A stretch of 64,000 nt of DNA from TPA_inf: Saccharomyces (taxonomy: Eukaryota), in contig BK006945.2 in the NCBI GenBank assembly GCA_000146045.2, positions 832,001 through 896,000 of the forward strand, written 5' to 3'. Position numbers and translations under genes: made by a program. Under the pieces are notes generated by a model that worked only from the letters and a program-made list of their open reading frames with translations, had not been told where the DNA came from and searched no databases. Of this stretch, positions 9,331 through 21,460 are shown one piece after another (position 1 is the first letter of the stretch; each line of letters starts with the position of its first letter).

Positions 9331-12000
9331 ATGATGCCTGATGACAATTCAAACTCGTCCACTCAAAACTCAAGCGCATTATACAAGGACCTGAGGAAAG
9401 AATATGAATCTCTTTTCACTTTAAAGGAAGATTCTGGGTTAGAGATTTCACCAATATTCAATGTCCTTCCACCTAAAAAGGATTATCCTGACTACTACGC
9501 AGTGATCAAGAACCCTGTATCTTTCAATACTTTAAAAAAGCGTATTCCACATTATACAGATGCTCAACAGTTTATGAACGATGTTGTCCAGATTCCATGG
9601 AATGCCAAGACTTACAATACAAGAGATTCAGGAATTTATAAATACGCCTTAGTCCTTGAGAAATATTTAAAGGACACAATCTATCCAAATTTAAAAGAAA
9701 AATATCCTCAATTAGTGTATCCTGATTTGGGTCCTCTACCCGATGAACCAGGTTATGAAGAGTTTCAACAGAAATTAAGAGAAAAAGCTGAGGAAGTAGC
9801 GAGAGCTAATGCAGCCAGAGCCGAGTCGAGCTCTTCAATGAATTCAACAGAAGCAGCCAGAAGATTAAGAAAGACTCGTACTTCCGTCAAAAGAGAATCA
9901 GAACCAGGAACCGATACAAATAATGATGAGGACTATGAGGCGACGGATATGGATATCGATAACCCTAAGGATGCTGATTTTCCTGATTTGATAAGAAAGC
10001 CACTAATAAATATTAATCCATATACTCGGAAACCATTAAGAGACAACAGGTCCACTACTCCATCTCACTCAGGCACCCCTCAGCCGTTAGGCCCAAGGCA
10101 TAGACAGGTATCCAGAACTCAGGTAAAGCGTGGGAGACCCCCAATCATCGACTTACCGTATATTCAAAGAATGAAAAATGTTATGAAAGTACTAAAAAAA
10201 GAGGTGCTAGATAGTGGAATTGGTCTAACTGATCTTTTTGAAAGATTGCCCGATAGACACAGAGATGCAAATTACTACATCATGATTGCTAATCCAATTA
10301 GTCTTCAAGACATAAATAAAAAGGTAAAGACTCGTCGTTATAAAACGTTCCAGGAGTTCCAGAATGATTTTAATCTTATGTTAACCAACTTTAGAATTTC
10401 GCACAGAGGTGATCCTGAAAGCATAAAAATTTCAAATATCTTAGAAAAGACCTTTACTAGTCTGGCAAGATTCGAACTATCCAAACCTGATAGAAGTTTC
10501 ATTCCAGAAGGCGAGCTAAGATACCCTCTAGATGAAGTCATTGTAAATAATATATCATACCACGTGGGAGATTGGGCACTTCTTCGAAATCAAAATGATC
10601 CTCAAAAACCTATAGTGGGCCAAATATTCAGGCTATGGAAGACACCAGATGGGAAACAATGGTTAAACGCTTGTTGGTATTACAGACCCGAACAAACTGT
10701 GCATAGAGTGGATAGATTGTTTTACAAAAACGAAGTTATGAAAACAGGTCAGTACCGTGATCATTTAGTGTCAAACTTAGTTGGGAAATGCTATGTGATT
10801 CACTTTACTAGATATCAACGTGGTAATCCCGATATGAAATTGGAGGGTCCCTTGTTCGTTTGCGAATTCCGTTATAATGAATCCGATAAAATTTTTAACA
10901 AGATTAGAACCTGGAAGGCTTGCTTACCAGAGGAAATTCGTGATTTGGACGAAGCTACCATTCCGGTAAATGGTAGAAAGTTCTTCAAATATCCTTCCCC
11001 CATAAGACATCTACTACCAGCTAATGCAACGCCGCATGATCGCGTTCCTGAACCAACGATGGGATCCCCGGACGCGCCACCATTGGTCGGTGCCGTTTAT
11101 ATGAGACCTAAAATGCAGCGTGACGATTTGGGGGAATATGCAACCTCTGATGACTGTCCCAGGTATATTATCAGACCCAACGATTCTCCCGAAGAGGGAC
11201 AAGTGGATATAGAAACAGGTACGATCACCACAAACACGCCAACAGCAAATGCTCTTCCTAAAACAGGATACTCAAGTAGTAAACTATCCAGTTTAAGATA
11301 TAACAGGTCATCTATGTCTTTAGAAAACCAAAATGCTATTGGCCAGCAACAAATACCACTGTCAAGAGTTGGTTCCCCTGGCGCGGGAGGCCCGCTTACT
11401 GTACAAGGTTTAAAGCAACACCAATTGCAAAGGTTACAACAGCAGCAACATCAATACCAACAACAGAAAAGATCCCAAGCATCACGTTATAATATCCCAA
11501 CAATAATCGATGATTTAACATCGCAGGCATCAAGAGGTAATTTGGGTAATATAATGATCGATGCAGCCTCCTCGTTTGTCTTACCTATCTCTATAACCAA
11601 AAACGTAGATGTTTTGCAGCGTACTGATCTGCACAGCCAAACCAAGAGATCTGGAAGAGAAGAGATGTTTCCATGGAAAAAAACAAAGGGTGAAATATTA
11701 TGGTTCAGAGGACCTAGTGTGATAGTAAATGAACGAATAATAAATTCAGGTGACCCACACCTAAGCCTGCCACTGAATAGGTGGTTTACCACTAACAAGA
11801 AAAGAAAACTAGAATACGAAGAAGTTGAAGAAACCATGGAAGATGTGACTGGAAAGGACAAAGATGATGATGGCTTAGAACCGGATGTTGAAAATGAGAA
11901 AGAGTCCTTGCCAGGCCCATTTGTCCTTGGATTAAGACCCTCGGCTAAGTTCACGGCGCACAGACTCTCTATGCTGCGGCCTCCTTCGTCGTCTTCATGA
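9331..12000 (+). CDS. RSC2: RSC chromatin-remodelling complex subunit Rsc2 (889 aa), with two bromodomains, a BAH domain and an AT-hook-like region.
   Basis: 889-aa ORF. Bromodomain motifs (…PDYYAVIKNP… and …DANYYIMIANP…), BAH-like segment (…YHVGDWALL…), KRGRPP AT-hook. Confidence 0.9.
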   Translation: MMPDDNSNSSTQNSSALYKDLRKEYESLFTLKEDSGLEISPIFNVLPPKKDYPDYYAVIKNPVSFNTLKKRIPHYTDAQQFMNDVVQIPWNAKTYNTRDSGIYKYALVLEKYLKDTIYPNLKEKYPQLVYPDLGPLPDEPGYEEFQQKLREKAEEVARANAARAESSSSMNSTEAARRLRKTRTSVKRESEPGTDTNNDEDYEATDMDIDNPKDADFPDLIRKPLININPYTRKPLRDNRSTTPSHSGTPQPLGPRHRQVSRTQVKRGRPPIIDLPYIQRMKNVMKVLKKEVLDSGIGLTDLFERLPDRHRDANYYIMIANPISLQDINKKVKTRRYKTFQEFQNDFNLMLTNFRISHRGDPESIKISNILEKTFTSLARFELSKPDRSFIPEGELRYPLDEVIVNNISYHVGDWALLRNQNDPQKPIVGQIFRLWKTPDGKQWLNACWYYRPEQTVHRVDRLFYKNEVMKTGQYRDHLVSNLVGKCYVIHFTRYQRGNPDMKLEGPLFVCEFRYNESDKIFNKIRTWKACLPEEIRDLDEATIPVNGRKFFKYPSPIRHLLPANATPHDRVPEPTMGSPDAPPLVGAVYMRPKMQRDDLGEYATSDDCPRYIIRPNDSPEEGQVDIETGTITTNTPTANALPKTGYSSSKLSSLRYNRSSMSLENQNAIGQQQIPLSRVGSPGAGGPLTVQGLKQHQLQRLQQQQHQYQQQKRSQASRYNIPTIIDDLTSQASRGNLGNIMIDAASSFVLPISITKNVDVLQRTDLHSQTKRSGREEMFPWKKTKGEILWFRGPSVIVNERIINSGDPHLSLPLNRWFTTNKKRKLEYEEVEETMEDVTGKDKDDDGLEPDVENEKESLPGPFVLGLRPSAKFTAHRLSMLRPPSSSS

Positions 12001-12050
12001 TCACCTTTATTGTAAAAGCAATGGCAGCATAATATCTTCCCATTGCGCAT
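11487..12050 (-). CDS. YLR358C: Opposite-strand ORF overlapping the RSC2 3' end (YLR358C, 187 aa). Coding status uncertain.
   Basis: 187-aa ORF wholly antisense to the RSC2 C-terminal coding region and extending 50 nt past the RSC2 stop. No recognisable domain. Weak codon bias. Confidence 0.3.
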   Translation of the reverse strand: MRNGKILCCHCFYNKGDHEDDEGGRSIESLCAVNLAEGLNPRTNGPGKDSFSFSTSGSKPSSSLSFPVTSSMVSSTSSYSSFLFLLVVNHLFSGRLRCGSPEFIIRSFTITLGPLNHNISPFVFFHGNISSLPDLLVWLCRSVRCKTSTFLVIEIGKTNEEAASIIILPKLPLDACDVKSSIIVGIL

Positions 12051-12065
12051 TACCCTCCGCGAGCA

Positions 12066-12071
12066 GAGTCA
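12066..12071. promoter_or_regulatory. TGACTC (Bas1/Gcn4) core on the minus strand in the ADE13 promoter.
   Basis: GAGTCA about 210 bp upstream of the ADE13 ATG. ADE-regulon genes are activated by Bas1/Pho2 through TGACTC. Confidence 0.45.
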
Positions 12072-12281
12072 AACTTCAAACAAAGCAGGAAAATGAAATA
12101 AAACAGAAGTTATTATATAGAAGAAAGTCATCTATAGATATATTATCGTTGTATTAATAGTAGCCATATAAAACAATTATACTTCATCACCAACCTCTCA
12201 AAATTTCTTCCCCAAGGACCAAAGCTTTTCCAGTAAGTTGCTACAACTAAAGTGAAATAAACTATCCGAATTATATAAAAG

Positions 12282-13730
12282 ATGCCTGACTATGACAATT
12301 ACACTACGCCATTGTCTTCTAGATATGCCTCCAAGGAAATGTCAGCAACGTTTTCTTTGAGAAACAGATTTTCCACATGGAGAAAACTATGGTTAAATTT
12401 GGCTATTGCTGAGAAGGAATTGGGCTTAACTGTTGTTACAGATGAAGCAATTGAGCAAATGCGCAAACACGTCGAAATCACTGATGATGAAATCGCAAAA
12501 GCTTCTGCTCAAGAAGCCATTGTAAGACATGATGTTATGGCACATGTTCATACATTTGGTGAAACTTGTCCGGCTGCTGCGGGTATCATTCACTTAGGTG
12601 CTACTTCCTGTTTCGTTACAGACAATGCTGATCTAATCTTTATTAGGGACGCCTACGATATTATTATTCCAAAACTTGTTAACGTCATCAACAGATTGGC
12701 TAAGTTTGCTATGGAATACAAGGATTTGCCTGTATTGGGTTGGACTCACTTTCAACCAGCACAATTAACGACCTTGGGTAAGAGAGCTACTTTATGGATA
12801 CAAGAGCTATTGTGGGATTTGAGAAACTTTGAAAGAGCTAGAAACGATATCGGTCTACGTGGTGTTAAGGGTACTACTGGTACTCAGGCATCATTCTTGG
12901 CCTTATTCCATGGTAATCATGATAAAGTTGAAGCCCTTGACGAAAGAGTAACTGAATTATTAGGTTTCGATAAGGTATATCCAGTCACTGGTCAAACCTA
13001 CTCAAGAAAAATTGACATTGACGTGTTGGCTCCTTTGTCTTCTTTTGCTGCTACTGCACACAAAATGGCTACTGACATAAGATTATTAGCCAACCTGAAG
13101 GAAGTTGAGGAACCTTTTGAGAAATCACAAATCGGATCCTCTGCTATGGCTTACAAGAGAAACCCAATGCGTTGTGAGAGAGTGTGCTCCTTGGCTAGAC
13201 ACTTAGGTTCCTTGTTTAGTGACGCCGTTCAAACTGCATCCGTTCAATGGTTCGAAAGAACTCTGGATGATTCTGCTATTAGAAGAATTTCTTTACCAAG
13301 TGCATTTTTAACCGCAGATATTCTATTATCTACTTTGTTGAACATCTCATCCGGTTTAGTTGTGTATCCAAAGGTTATCGAAAGGAGAATTAAGGGTGAA
13401 CTACCTTTTATGGCTACTGAAAATATCATCATGGCTATGGTAGAAAAGAATGCCTCCAGACAAGAAGTACATGAGCGTATTAGAGTGCTCTCTCATCAAG
13501 CCGCAGCAGTAGTCAAGGAAGAAGGTGGGGAAAATGATTTAATTGAACGAGTAAAGAGGGATGAATTTTTCAAGCCTATCTGGGAAGAATTAGATTCTTT
13601 ACTGGAACCATCCACTTTTGTTGGTAGAGCTCCACAACAAGTTGAGAAATTTGTTCAAAAAGACGTTAACAATGCTTTACAACCTTTCCAAAAGTACCTA
13701 AACGATGAACAAGTCAAGTTAAATGTTTAG
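12282..13730 (+). CDS. ADE13: Adenylosuccinate lyase (482 aa), purine biosynthesis.
   Basis: Fumarate-lyase family signature (…[11 protein letters not shown]…). Length 482 aa. Strong codon bias. Confidence 0.93.
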   Translation: MPDYDNYTTPLSSRYASKEMSATFSLRNRFSTWRKLWLNLAIAEKELGLTVVTDEAIEQMRKHVEITDDEIAKASAQEAIVRHDVMAHVHTFGETCPAAAGIIHLGATSCFVTDNADLIFIRDAYDIIIPKLVNVINRLAKFAMEYKDLPVLGWTHFQPAQLTTLGKRATLWIQELLWDLRNFERARNDIGLRGVKGTTGTQASFLALFHGNHDKVEALDERVTELLGFDKVYPVTGQTYSRKIDIDVLAPLSSFAATAHKMATDIRLLANLKEVEEPFEKSQIGSSAMAYKRNPMRCERVCSLARHLGSLFSDAVQTASVQWFERTLDDSAIRRISLPSAFLTADILLSTLLNISSGLVVYPKVIERRIKGELPFMATENIIMAMVEKNASRQEVHERIRVLSHQAAAVVKEEGGENDLIERVKRDEFFKPIWEELDSLLEPSTFVGRAPQQVEKFVQKDVNNALQPFQKYLNDEQVKLNV

Positions 13731-14102
13731 AAGCCTTTACATGTACAAATAATATGTTTATTACCCTATTATATGTTACTAATGAAAAAAATAACAATTC
13801 TTTATTTATGTACAATGCAAGTAGAATTCCCTAAATAGAAGTTAACTATTTTTATTTTACTGGGATATATTTTTCATCTTCTTCCTTCATACTCCTTTCA
13901 TTTTTCTTGTTTTTTTGGCTTACGGATTTTGGCAATGTTTATACTTTAGAAAAAAAGGAAACTCATAATGCTGGCATACTTGAAAAACCATACGGAAAGA
14001 TCGTAGTTTATTTTTGTAATAAGACACTGAAGTCAGCTGTTTGAAAGAGTATATTGAATTGATGGTTTTACCTATTAGGGATAGTAATCATAATTTAAAA
14101 AT

Positions 14103-15422
14103 ATGAAACGGTTCTTACTCAGTCGAAGACAGAGACACCTTCGTATGATTTGCTTTCACAATATAAGTCTCTTTAGAGCTAATGGTGACTCCAAATTGAT
14201 CAAGGAATATGGTGATGGATTTATACCATGTTTCTTTATCTTGGAATCCATAAGAGGGGAGCTGCTTTATGTGAGCGAGGTACAATCAGGTTCTTTGCGT
14301 AAACTCTCTTTTCAGGAATTACCAAAACTAACTGGTGCATCTACTATGATTGTCCTAAAATTGGTAGGACTAGTTCCGAGTGATATTTTGTGTACCATAA
14401 GTTCAGATAAAAATGGTATCATTGACGATAAATGGTGCGTTTTATGTACCTACACGATAGATCTTAACAAGTTACAACCCATAAATGAAGACACAGTTCT
14501 AATTACAGGCACCAACGCACCAGTACTTGATTTAATAGATGGATCCTACACATTGGCTGCAGAAAAAATTAAGCCACTAAAGGGCCTTGTTAGTTCTCAC
14601 AAAAGGAATATAAGTCAAGTCAAGATCAAATTTTCATTGGCATATAGCTCTTTACTAAAATTAAACAAACTATTGGAGTATTCTTCCCAAGTCCATGAGG
14701 AAATCAATGAAATTTCCAGCAAAATAGAAGATGACTTTTTGTCACTCAAGAATCAAAATCATTGGTATATGAGAACAGTACAGAAGTCCATAGAAACGCT
14801 AGAAAAGGAAGTCCTACAAAGGAAAAAAAGCAAGAAAAATATAGAAATGGCGCAACTCGAGAGTAATGATACTATCAACCATTCTAAAACAGAACTGTCT
14901 CTGATGTCGCAGGACGAGTCTATAAATGATGACTATGGAAGCATATATTCTAGATTTGTGCAAATAAAAGATAGGTTGGACCAACTGAGGTTTAAGAAAC
15001 TGTATCAGCTGATAGGGATCTTCCATTCAACGGATTTATTTAATTCAGATAGAGGCTATATTTACTTTGAAAAACCTTCTAGCGTAAATGATGTTATTAA
15101 TAGGCTCAAGCTAAAACCTTTGAATATAGAGATATTACTTAGACAAGCCGGCGAATCCACAAAGCACAGAGAATATGTAAACAGCCAGTTGGGTTATTAC
15201 CTTTTATTTCTCCATTTGACAGCCATCCAAATTTTCAAGGCTCCTTTACCCTATAGACTAATGTATTATGGTAGTACATCAGTGATCGACAGTCAATATC
15301 CGTTGTATTTCACTGATCAAATGATTTCTAAGCATCAAGCAAAGCTGATTAAAGCCATACATTATTTTAATGCTGATATATTGCAATTTAAACAGATTCT
15401 GGAGAATTACCGTCCAACATAG
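14103..15422 (+). CDS. VPS38: Vps38 (439 aa), subunit of PI3-kinase complex II.
   Basis: 439-aa ORF with a coiled-coil middle region. Synteny between ADE13 and DCR2. Confidence 0.75.
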
Positions 15423-17124
15423 ACTGAAAATCAAAAATCTCTTTTGGACTGCCATTTAATCTTTTCCATGTGTGTATATTGTTCTCATTTACATTAATTT
15501 CATAAATACGGATACGTCTTTCTGTACCTCCATAGCCAGCATAACCACCTTCTCCACCTCCACCGCCATAGCATAGCCAGATTTTGTTCGGCGTAGAGTC
15601 ATCTCGAAGACAGTAATCGTTACAATGGTCATGTCCGCAACTGACGACATCCACACTTAACCTATCCAAAGTTGTTATCCCCTCAGAATTATACTTAGGT
15701 GCAGTAACACCTTCTTTGTACATTCCAATGAGGGGATTTTTCTCTCCGGGATGTGTCTTGGATTCAATATTCAAGTATTCTGGCAGTGGGATGTGAAAAA
15801 ATGCCATTGAAAGACCTGTTTTGAACTTCAAGTTCACATCATGATAATCTTCAATGTATTTCCACTGTGATTCCTTAATCCAATCATATCCAGGATAAAT
15901 TTTACCAACCGTAGAATATTTATGTGAGTCCAGAAAATAAAGTGTACCTACTGGGACTTCTGTATCATTGTTCGAAAAAATCTGATAAATATAATTACCA
16001 ACGCCAAACGTATTATCGTGTGTATCATGGGGACTAAACTTGAAAAGGGAATATGGTAGTACTGAAGCTATTTCGGATAACTGCCAGCGCGTTAAGCTTC
16101 CCTCGTCGTCGTGATTTCCCCATACCATTGCCCACGGAATTTTTCTTGCAATGACGGGTGCTACCGCCTTTAATAATACGGTTTCAGAGTCTTGAATAGA
16201 TCTATCACCCATGATTTGGTCACCAGTAAAAACAACCAACTGCGGTTTTTCAATGTCAAGAACTTGTTGAACGAAAGTTTCCGTTTTTGGATCTGCCTTG
16301 CAAGCTTCATGCTTTGGATACTCATCGATACATTCAGACTCCCCCACACCCAAGTGGAGATCCGCCAACTGAACAATTTTGAACTTTCCTTCATCAGTTT
16401 CTTGCAGCCGTTGAGCTCCTGTGTCTACAGGACGAGTACCAACGAATTTGTAAGTCAAATAAGCAGGTTCGCTGTAGCGGTATTTTACTAAGGGAAATTC
16501 TTTTTGAAGAGTCCAATTTGCTATCGGCTGGATGCAATCAACACCAAAGAGAATGTTAATATCGCTTATGTAGCTCCTTTTCTGCAATAGTTCTATGCTA
16601 ATAGGCTCGAATGTGATGGATACATCCATAAAGGGTAGCGATTTGTCTTTAGGATATTTGGAAATTCCAGTTACTGCCTCAACATTTAGCTTTTCTAGGT
16701 TGGATCCAAAGTAGTCCACCAAAGCAGGGTATAACACATCATAGTAAAGGTATTCTGACTTTCCAAACCACCTGCGTCCAAAGGAACCTCTCAAGTCTTT
16801 ATGAATTCTTTTCCTTTGTAAGTATTGGTGCCCATCAGTTAAAGTTGATTTAAGTTCATGCCGATTAAAACATCCTTCATAAAAACGACCAATATGAAAA
16901 CATTCGTCATAGCCTATATTTACAACTAGCTTATCGTCATTTGAGAATCCCTCTAGACCTTTATTTTGGAACCATAGATTATCAACGTGTGATATCGGGA
17001 GTGCAAGGTCGAAACCAATGTGCTCTTCAACTCTTGGCGCCTGTAGGAAGTAAAATAGGGCAATCACTACAAAAACTACCAAGTATAATAGGTACCTTTG
17101 ATACAGCCTCGGTAACCGGATCAT
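15388..17124 (-). CDS. DCR2: Dcr2 (578 aa), a calcineurin-like metallophosphoesterase family phosphatase with an N-terminal transmembrane segment.
   Basis: Metallophosphatase motifs (GDxxDR…, GNHD, GHDH). The ORF track starts 6 codons upstream (MVKNLNM…); I chose the ATG giving 578 aa. Its 3' end overlaps the VPS38 3' end by 35 bp. Confidence 0.85.
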
Positions 17125-17382
17125 GTTAAGATTTTTAACCACGGTGCTGGTCTTCGATACTTAAGTATAAAACTTGTATCAGAGGTATCTGCGATCTAAA
17201 AAGATTAATTTTTGAAAAAGATCAACACTAAACCATTTGAAATTCAAAAAGCACCTAAGGCAAAATATAAATCTAAATATACGTAAAATGGAAACACTTT
17301 CTGCGCAGCTTTATACAAGTTAGCCTTCTAGCTTATGAAATAGAAATGAAATATAACTGAGCAAGTCCTATATACAATACTA

Positions 17383-17679
17383 TTAATGATCTTCTTGTCC
17401 ATGAGACTGTTCATGGTGCCTTTTAGAGACTTCTTCATCACTTATCTGAGGCCTGTGGCCACCCGTTCTCAATAAACCACCGGCAGTATCTTCAACTGGA
17501 AATCTTGCACTGGGTCTTACGCAATGGGGCTTGCGTAACTGTTCAAAATCCATGATTTTAGTTTTCCCTCCCCCTTTTAAAGTAATCTTTGGATTCTCGC
17601 CCAACTTTTCCTCCACTTCTTTTATATTTTGGGTGCGTTCTTTACTATTATTATTATTATTATTATTACTAACTGCCAT
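17383..17679 (-). CDS. YLR361C-A: Small 98-aa protein of unknown function (YLR361C-A) with an N-terminal Asn7 tract.
   Basis: 98-aa ORF between DCR2 and STE11. Begins MAVSNNNNNNN, encoded by an (ATT)7 repeat on the + strand. Confidence 0.5.
   Translation of the reverse strand: MAVSNNNNNNNSKERTQNIKEVEEKLGENPKITLKGGGKTKIMDFEQLRKPHCVRPSARFPVEDTAGGLLRTGGHRPQISDEEVSKRHHEQSHGQEDH
17646..17668. repeat. (ATT)7 trinucleotide microsatellite, read as AAT = Asn x7 on the minus strand.
   Basis: tattattattattattattatta read directly. Confidence 0.9.
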
Positions 17680-17865
17680 TATAGTTTCTTTATGCTGTCC
17701 TCACCATGCCTTTCGTTATCAGGCTAGCATTAAAAGCCTTTTAAGGTGTAAAGCTTTCGCCGCGATGGCTTTAAACAGTAGAAAATATTCATATTTACAC
17801 ACATGCATAAAGAGAGACCACTTAATAAAGCTAGTATGATAAGATCACCGGTAGACGAAATATAC

Positions 17866-20019
17866 ATGGAACAGACACAAACAGCAGAGGGCACTGACTT
17901 ACTAATTGGTGACGAAAAGACCAACGATTTACCTTTTGTGCAGTTATTTCTGGAGGAAATAGGATGCACTCAATACCTGGATAGCTTTATTCAGTGCAAC
18001 CTTGTCACAGAAGAAGAAATTAAGTATCTCGACAAGGATATCCTCATTGCTTTGGGTGTAAACAAAATAGGAGACAGACTCAAAATTTTAAGGAAGTCAA
18101 AATCGTTCCAGAGAGATAAACGGATTGAACAGGTGAATAGATTGAAAAACCTGATGGAAAAAGTAAGCTCTCTATCCACTGCTACGCTATCGATGAATTC
18201 AGAATTGATTCCTGAAAAGCACTGTGTTATATTTATCTTAAACGATGGTTCCGCTAAGAAAGTTAATGTAAATGGTTGCTTTAATGCAGATTCTATTAAG
18301 AAAAGGCTAATCAGAAGATTGCCACATGAATTATTAGCCACAAACTCCAATGGAGAAGTAACTAAAATGGTCCAAGATTATGATGTGTTTGTCTTAGATT
18401 ATACCAAGAACGTACTGCATTTGCTATATGACGTGGAATTAGTCACTATTTGCCACGCAAATGATCGTGTTGAGAAAAATAGGCTAATTTTTGTTTCCAA
18501 AGACCAAACACCAAGTGATAAAGCTATATCCACATCCAAAAAACTATATCTAAGAACGTTGAGTGCATTGAGCCAGGTTGGGCCATCCTCGTCAAATTTG
18601 TTGGCACAGAACAAGGGGATTTCGCATAACAATGCTGAAGGGAAACTCCGGATCGACAACACAGAAAAGGACAGAATTAGACAGATTTTTAATCAGAGGC
18701 CTCCTAGCGAATTTATTTCTACCAATTTGGCCGGATATTTTCCTCATACAGACATGAAGCGGTTGCAAAAGACGATGAGAGAGTCATTTCGCCATTCAGC
18801 AAGGCTAAGCATTGCTCAAAGAAGACCTTTAAGTGCAGAATCAAATAATATCGGTGACATACTATTGAAACACTCAAACGCTGTTGATATGGCCCTATTA
18901 CAAGGATTAGATCAGACAAGATTAAGCAGTAAACTTGACACAACTAAAATTCCGAAGCTTGCCCATAAAAGGCCAGAAGATAATGATGCCATATCTAACC
19001 AGTTAGAACTATTAAGTGTAGAGTCTGGTGAAGAAGAAGATCACGATTTCTTTGGGGAGGACAGTGACATTGTTTCATTACCGACGAAAATTGCCACGCC
19101 CAAGAATTGGTTAAAAGGTGCTTGCATTGGATCAGGCAGTTTTGGGAGTGTTTACTTGGGCATGAATGCTCACACTGGTGAACTAATGGCAGTAAAGCAA
19201 GTGGAGATAAAAAATAATAACATTGGTGTTCCCACAGACAACAATAAACAAGCCAATTCTGATGAGAATAATGAGCAGGAGGAACAACAAGAGAAAATAG
19301 AAGATGTTGGGGCGGTAAGTCATCCAAAAACCAATCAAAATATTCACAGAAAGATGGTTGATGCTTTACAGCATGAAATGAATTTATTGAAGGAGTTACA
19401 TCATGAGAACATTGTTACTTATTATGGTGCTTCTCAAGAAGGCGGAAATTTAAATATTTTTCTTGAATACGTTCCTGGGGGTTCGGTTTCCTCCATGCTG
19501 AATAATTACGGTCCATTTGAGGAATCACTGATTACTAATTTCACTAGGCAAATACTGATTGGGGTTGCGTATTTGCATAAGAAGAACATTATTCACAGAG
19601 ATATCAAGGGTGCAAATATTTTGATTGATATCAAAGGTTGCGTAAAAATTACTGATTTTGGTATTTCAAAAAAATTATCACCTTTGAATAAAAAACAAAA
19701 TAAGAGAGCTTCTTTGCAAGGTTCCGTATTCTGGATGTCACCAGAGGTGGTCAAACAGACCGCTACTACTGCTAAAGCGGATATATGGTCTACAGGATGT
19801 GTTGTCATTGAAATGTTTACCGGTAAGCATCCTTTCCCAGATTTTTCTCAAATGCAAGCGATCTTCAAAATAGGCACAAACACGACCCCCGAGATACCTT
19901 CCTGGGCTACGTCAGAAGGAAAGAATTTCTTAAGAAAGGCATTTGAGTTGGATTATCAATACAGGCCTAGTGCCCTTGAATTGCTGCAGCATCCATGGCT
20001 GGATGCACACATAATTTGA
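17866..20019 (+). CDS. STE11: MAPKKK Ste11 (717 aa), with an N-terminal SAM domain, an RBD-like region and a C-terminal Ser/Thr kinase domain.
   Basis: [18 protein letters not shown]… N-terminus. Kinase motifs [26 protein letters not shown]. The ORF is open 21 codons further upstream, but the known protein starts at this ATG. Confidence 0.93.
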   Translation: MEQTQTAEGTDLLIGDEKTNDLPFVQLFLEEIGCTQYLDSFIQCNLVTEEEIKYLDKDILIALGVNKIGDRLKILRKSKSFQRDKRIEQVNRLKNLMEKVSSLSTATLSMNSELIPEKHCVIFILNDGSAKKVNVNGCFNADSIKKRLIRRLPHELLATNSNGEVTKMVQDYDVFVLDYTKNVLHLLYDVELVTICHANDRVEKNRLIFVSKDQTPSDKAISTSKKLYLRTLSALSQVGPSSSNLLAQNKGISHNNAEGKLRIDNTEKDRIRQIFNQRPPSEFISTNLAGYFPHTDMKRLQKTMRESFRHSARLSIAQRRPLSAESNNIGDILLKHSNAVDMALLQGLDQTRLSSKLDTTKIPKLAHKRPEDNDAISNQLELLSVESGEEEDHDFFGEDSDIVSLPTKIATPKNWLKGACIGSGSFGSVYLGMNAHTGELMAVKQVEIKNNNIGVPTDNNKQANSDENNEQEEQQEKIEDVGAVSHPKTNQNIHRKMVDALQHEMNLLKELHHENIVTYYGASQEGGNLNIFLEYVPGGSVSSMLNNYGPFEESLITNFTRQILIGVAYLHKKNIIHRDIKGANILIDIKGCVKITDFGISKKLSPLNKKQNKRASLQGSVFWMSPEVVKQTATTAKADIWSTGCVVIEMFTGKHPFPDFSQMQAIFKIGTNTTPEIPSWATSEGKNFLRKAFELDYQYRPSALELLQHPWLDAHII

Positions 20020-20494
20020 AAAAGGGCTACTTATTAATTCTTTTTATGGCACTAAAGTGCTCTGGCCGATTTTTTATCAAATAATACATATATATCATAT
20101 TTAGTGACATTTATTGAATATATCTGCTATTTACCGGTTTTTTTTTTTCAATTACGCTGATTAAGTAATCATAAATCACAATTGTGAAAAAAAGACCAAA
20201 CTAGATGACGGTATTTGATTCTCATACCCCTGGAATAAAATCAAGTAAGATAATTCTGATAAAAAAATCCGACCGCACAGATGGAAGCACGAAGAAACAG
20301 GCCTTTCTTTGCGAGGTGATATCAAACCATTGATATCTTCTCAATAACCTGCTCTAGGAAAAGGAGGTAGATAGACAAAAGCAAGGAAATAATCCATAGA
20401 GTTTCATTCACATGAATAATCTGTTACCAATTTTTCTCATAAGATAAAGCCATCTATCAAAAATGATATTGAAATATTTGAAAAATGCTTGTTT

Positions 20495-21151
20495 TTATGG
20501 GGACCACAATTCGCCTGTACCTCTAGAAGCGTAAACTGTTTTATTGAAGTTAGTCCTGATAATTTCTCTACCGTTTTCGCTTTCTTCCTTAGTGCCATTT
20601 TTTAGCATCATATTATTGAATTTTTCACTTTCTCTAAATGATTTATCATTCATGTCCTTGGACAAGATTGAATCTACATCAACAATTGAACAGGAAGGAA
20701 TATTGCATTGCATGGCCATTTCCCGGATTTGAGGATCTTCACTAATTAAAAACCAATGTAGCCCCTCATTTCCTTCTAGGTAGCATTTGTAAATACAACT
20801 TTTCAACAAATTCTTTAATCTCTTAGGCAATTTTGCAATATTAATCTTTCCAGAACTATCATTATGTTCCATTACATCTGACCATAAAATAATGTCTAAA
20901 ACTTCGGGAAATTCGATAAAAACTTTCAAATTAGCAAATTTAGAATCATCTAATCTATCGATAAACTTCAAGGATTCTCGAGCTGCAAAACTTTTACGCC
21001 TTTGTTGAAGGAAATCCAATTCATTTAATGTGAATGTTGGAATATAAAAGTTCAAAGTCACAGCTTCTGTACAGTCCGAGCACCACCTCTTGATGTTGCC
21101 TAGACCCTTTTCAAAAGCTGAAGCATCTATAATGAAATTATATTGTGTCAT
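20495..21151 (-). CDS. NMD4: Nmd4 (218 aa), a PIN-domain nonsense-mediated decay factor.
   Basis: The product begins MTQYNFIIDASAFEKG… (PIN-like). The ORF track has 8 extra upstream codons. Convergent with STE11. Confidence 0.8.
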   Translation of the reverse strand: MTQYNFIIDASAFEKGLGNIKRWCSDCTEAVTLNFYIPTFTLNELDFLQQRRKSFAARESLKFIDRLDDSKFANLKVFIEFPEVLDIILWSDVMEHNDSSGKINIAKLPKRLKNLLKSCIYKCYLEGNEGLHWFLISEDPQIREMAMQCNIPSCSIVDVDSILSKDMNDKSFRESEKFNNMMLKNGTKEESENGREIIRTNFNKTVYASRGTGELWSP

Positions 21152-21460
21152 TAACCTGCTTTTTGAGGAGACCAAAATTGGAAAGAAAGAAGGTGCTTAT
21201 ATTTCACGAATGAATGATATTAGCAGGTGTAATATTCTTCTATAACACCACTACACTAACTTTTAAATTAAAGCGCTCTTCATTGTTACTTCAAATCAAT
21301 TTCTGAGATTATGAAAGTCGTCACGTTTTACGAAGGTATTGAATTTTTCAGGTTCTTTTGGAAAATAGTAGTATACATCAGTTTATTAACGATGAGATGG
21401 TATTATTACTTGCACCTTTTGTAAAGATAACTAGTATTCATAAAGTCCATAAGCTACAAT

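Noticed and set aside
13741-14102. Several 10/11 matches to the ARS consensus (WTTTAYRTTTW) in the ADE13/VPS38 and STE11/NMD4 AT-rich intergenic regions.
   Set aside because: Near-matches are abundant by chance in AT-rich yeast intergenic DNA. No exact 11/11 ACS with flanking B elements was identified, so no ARS is called.
17531-17839. 102-aa + strand ORF with a Leu11 run overlapping YLR361C-A.
   Set aside because: The poly-Leu is the (ATT)7 repeat read in another frame. The ORF runs through the STE11 promoter and has no coding signature.
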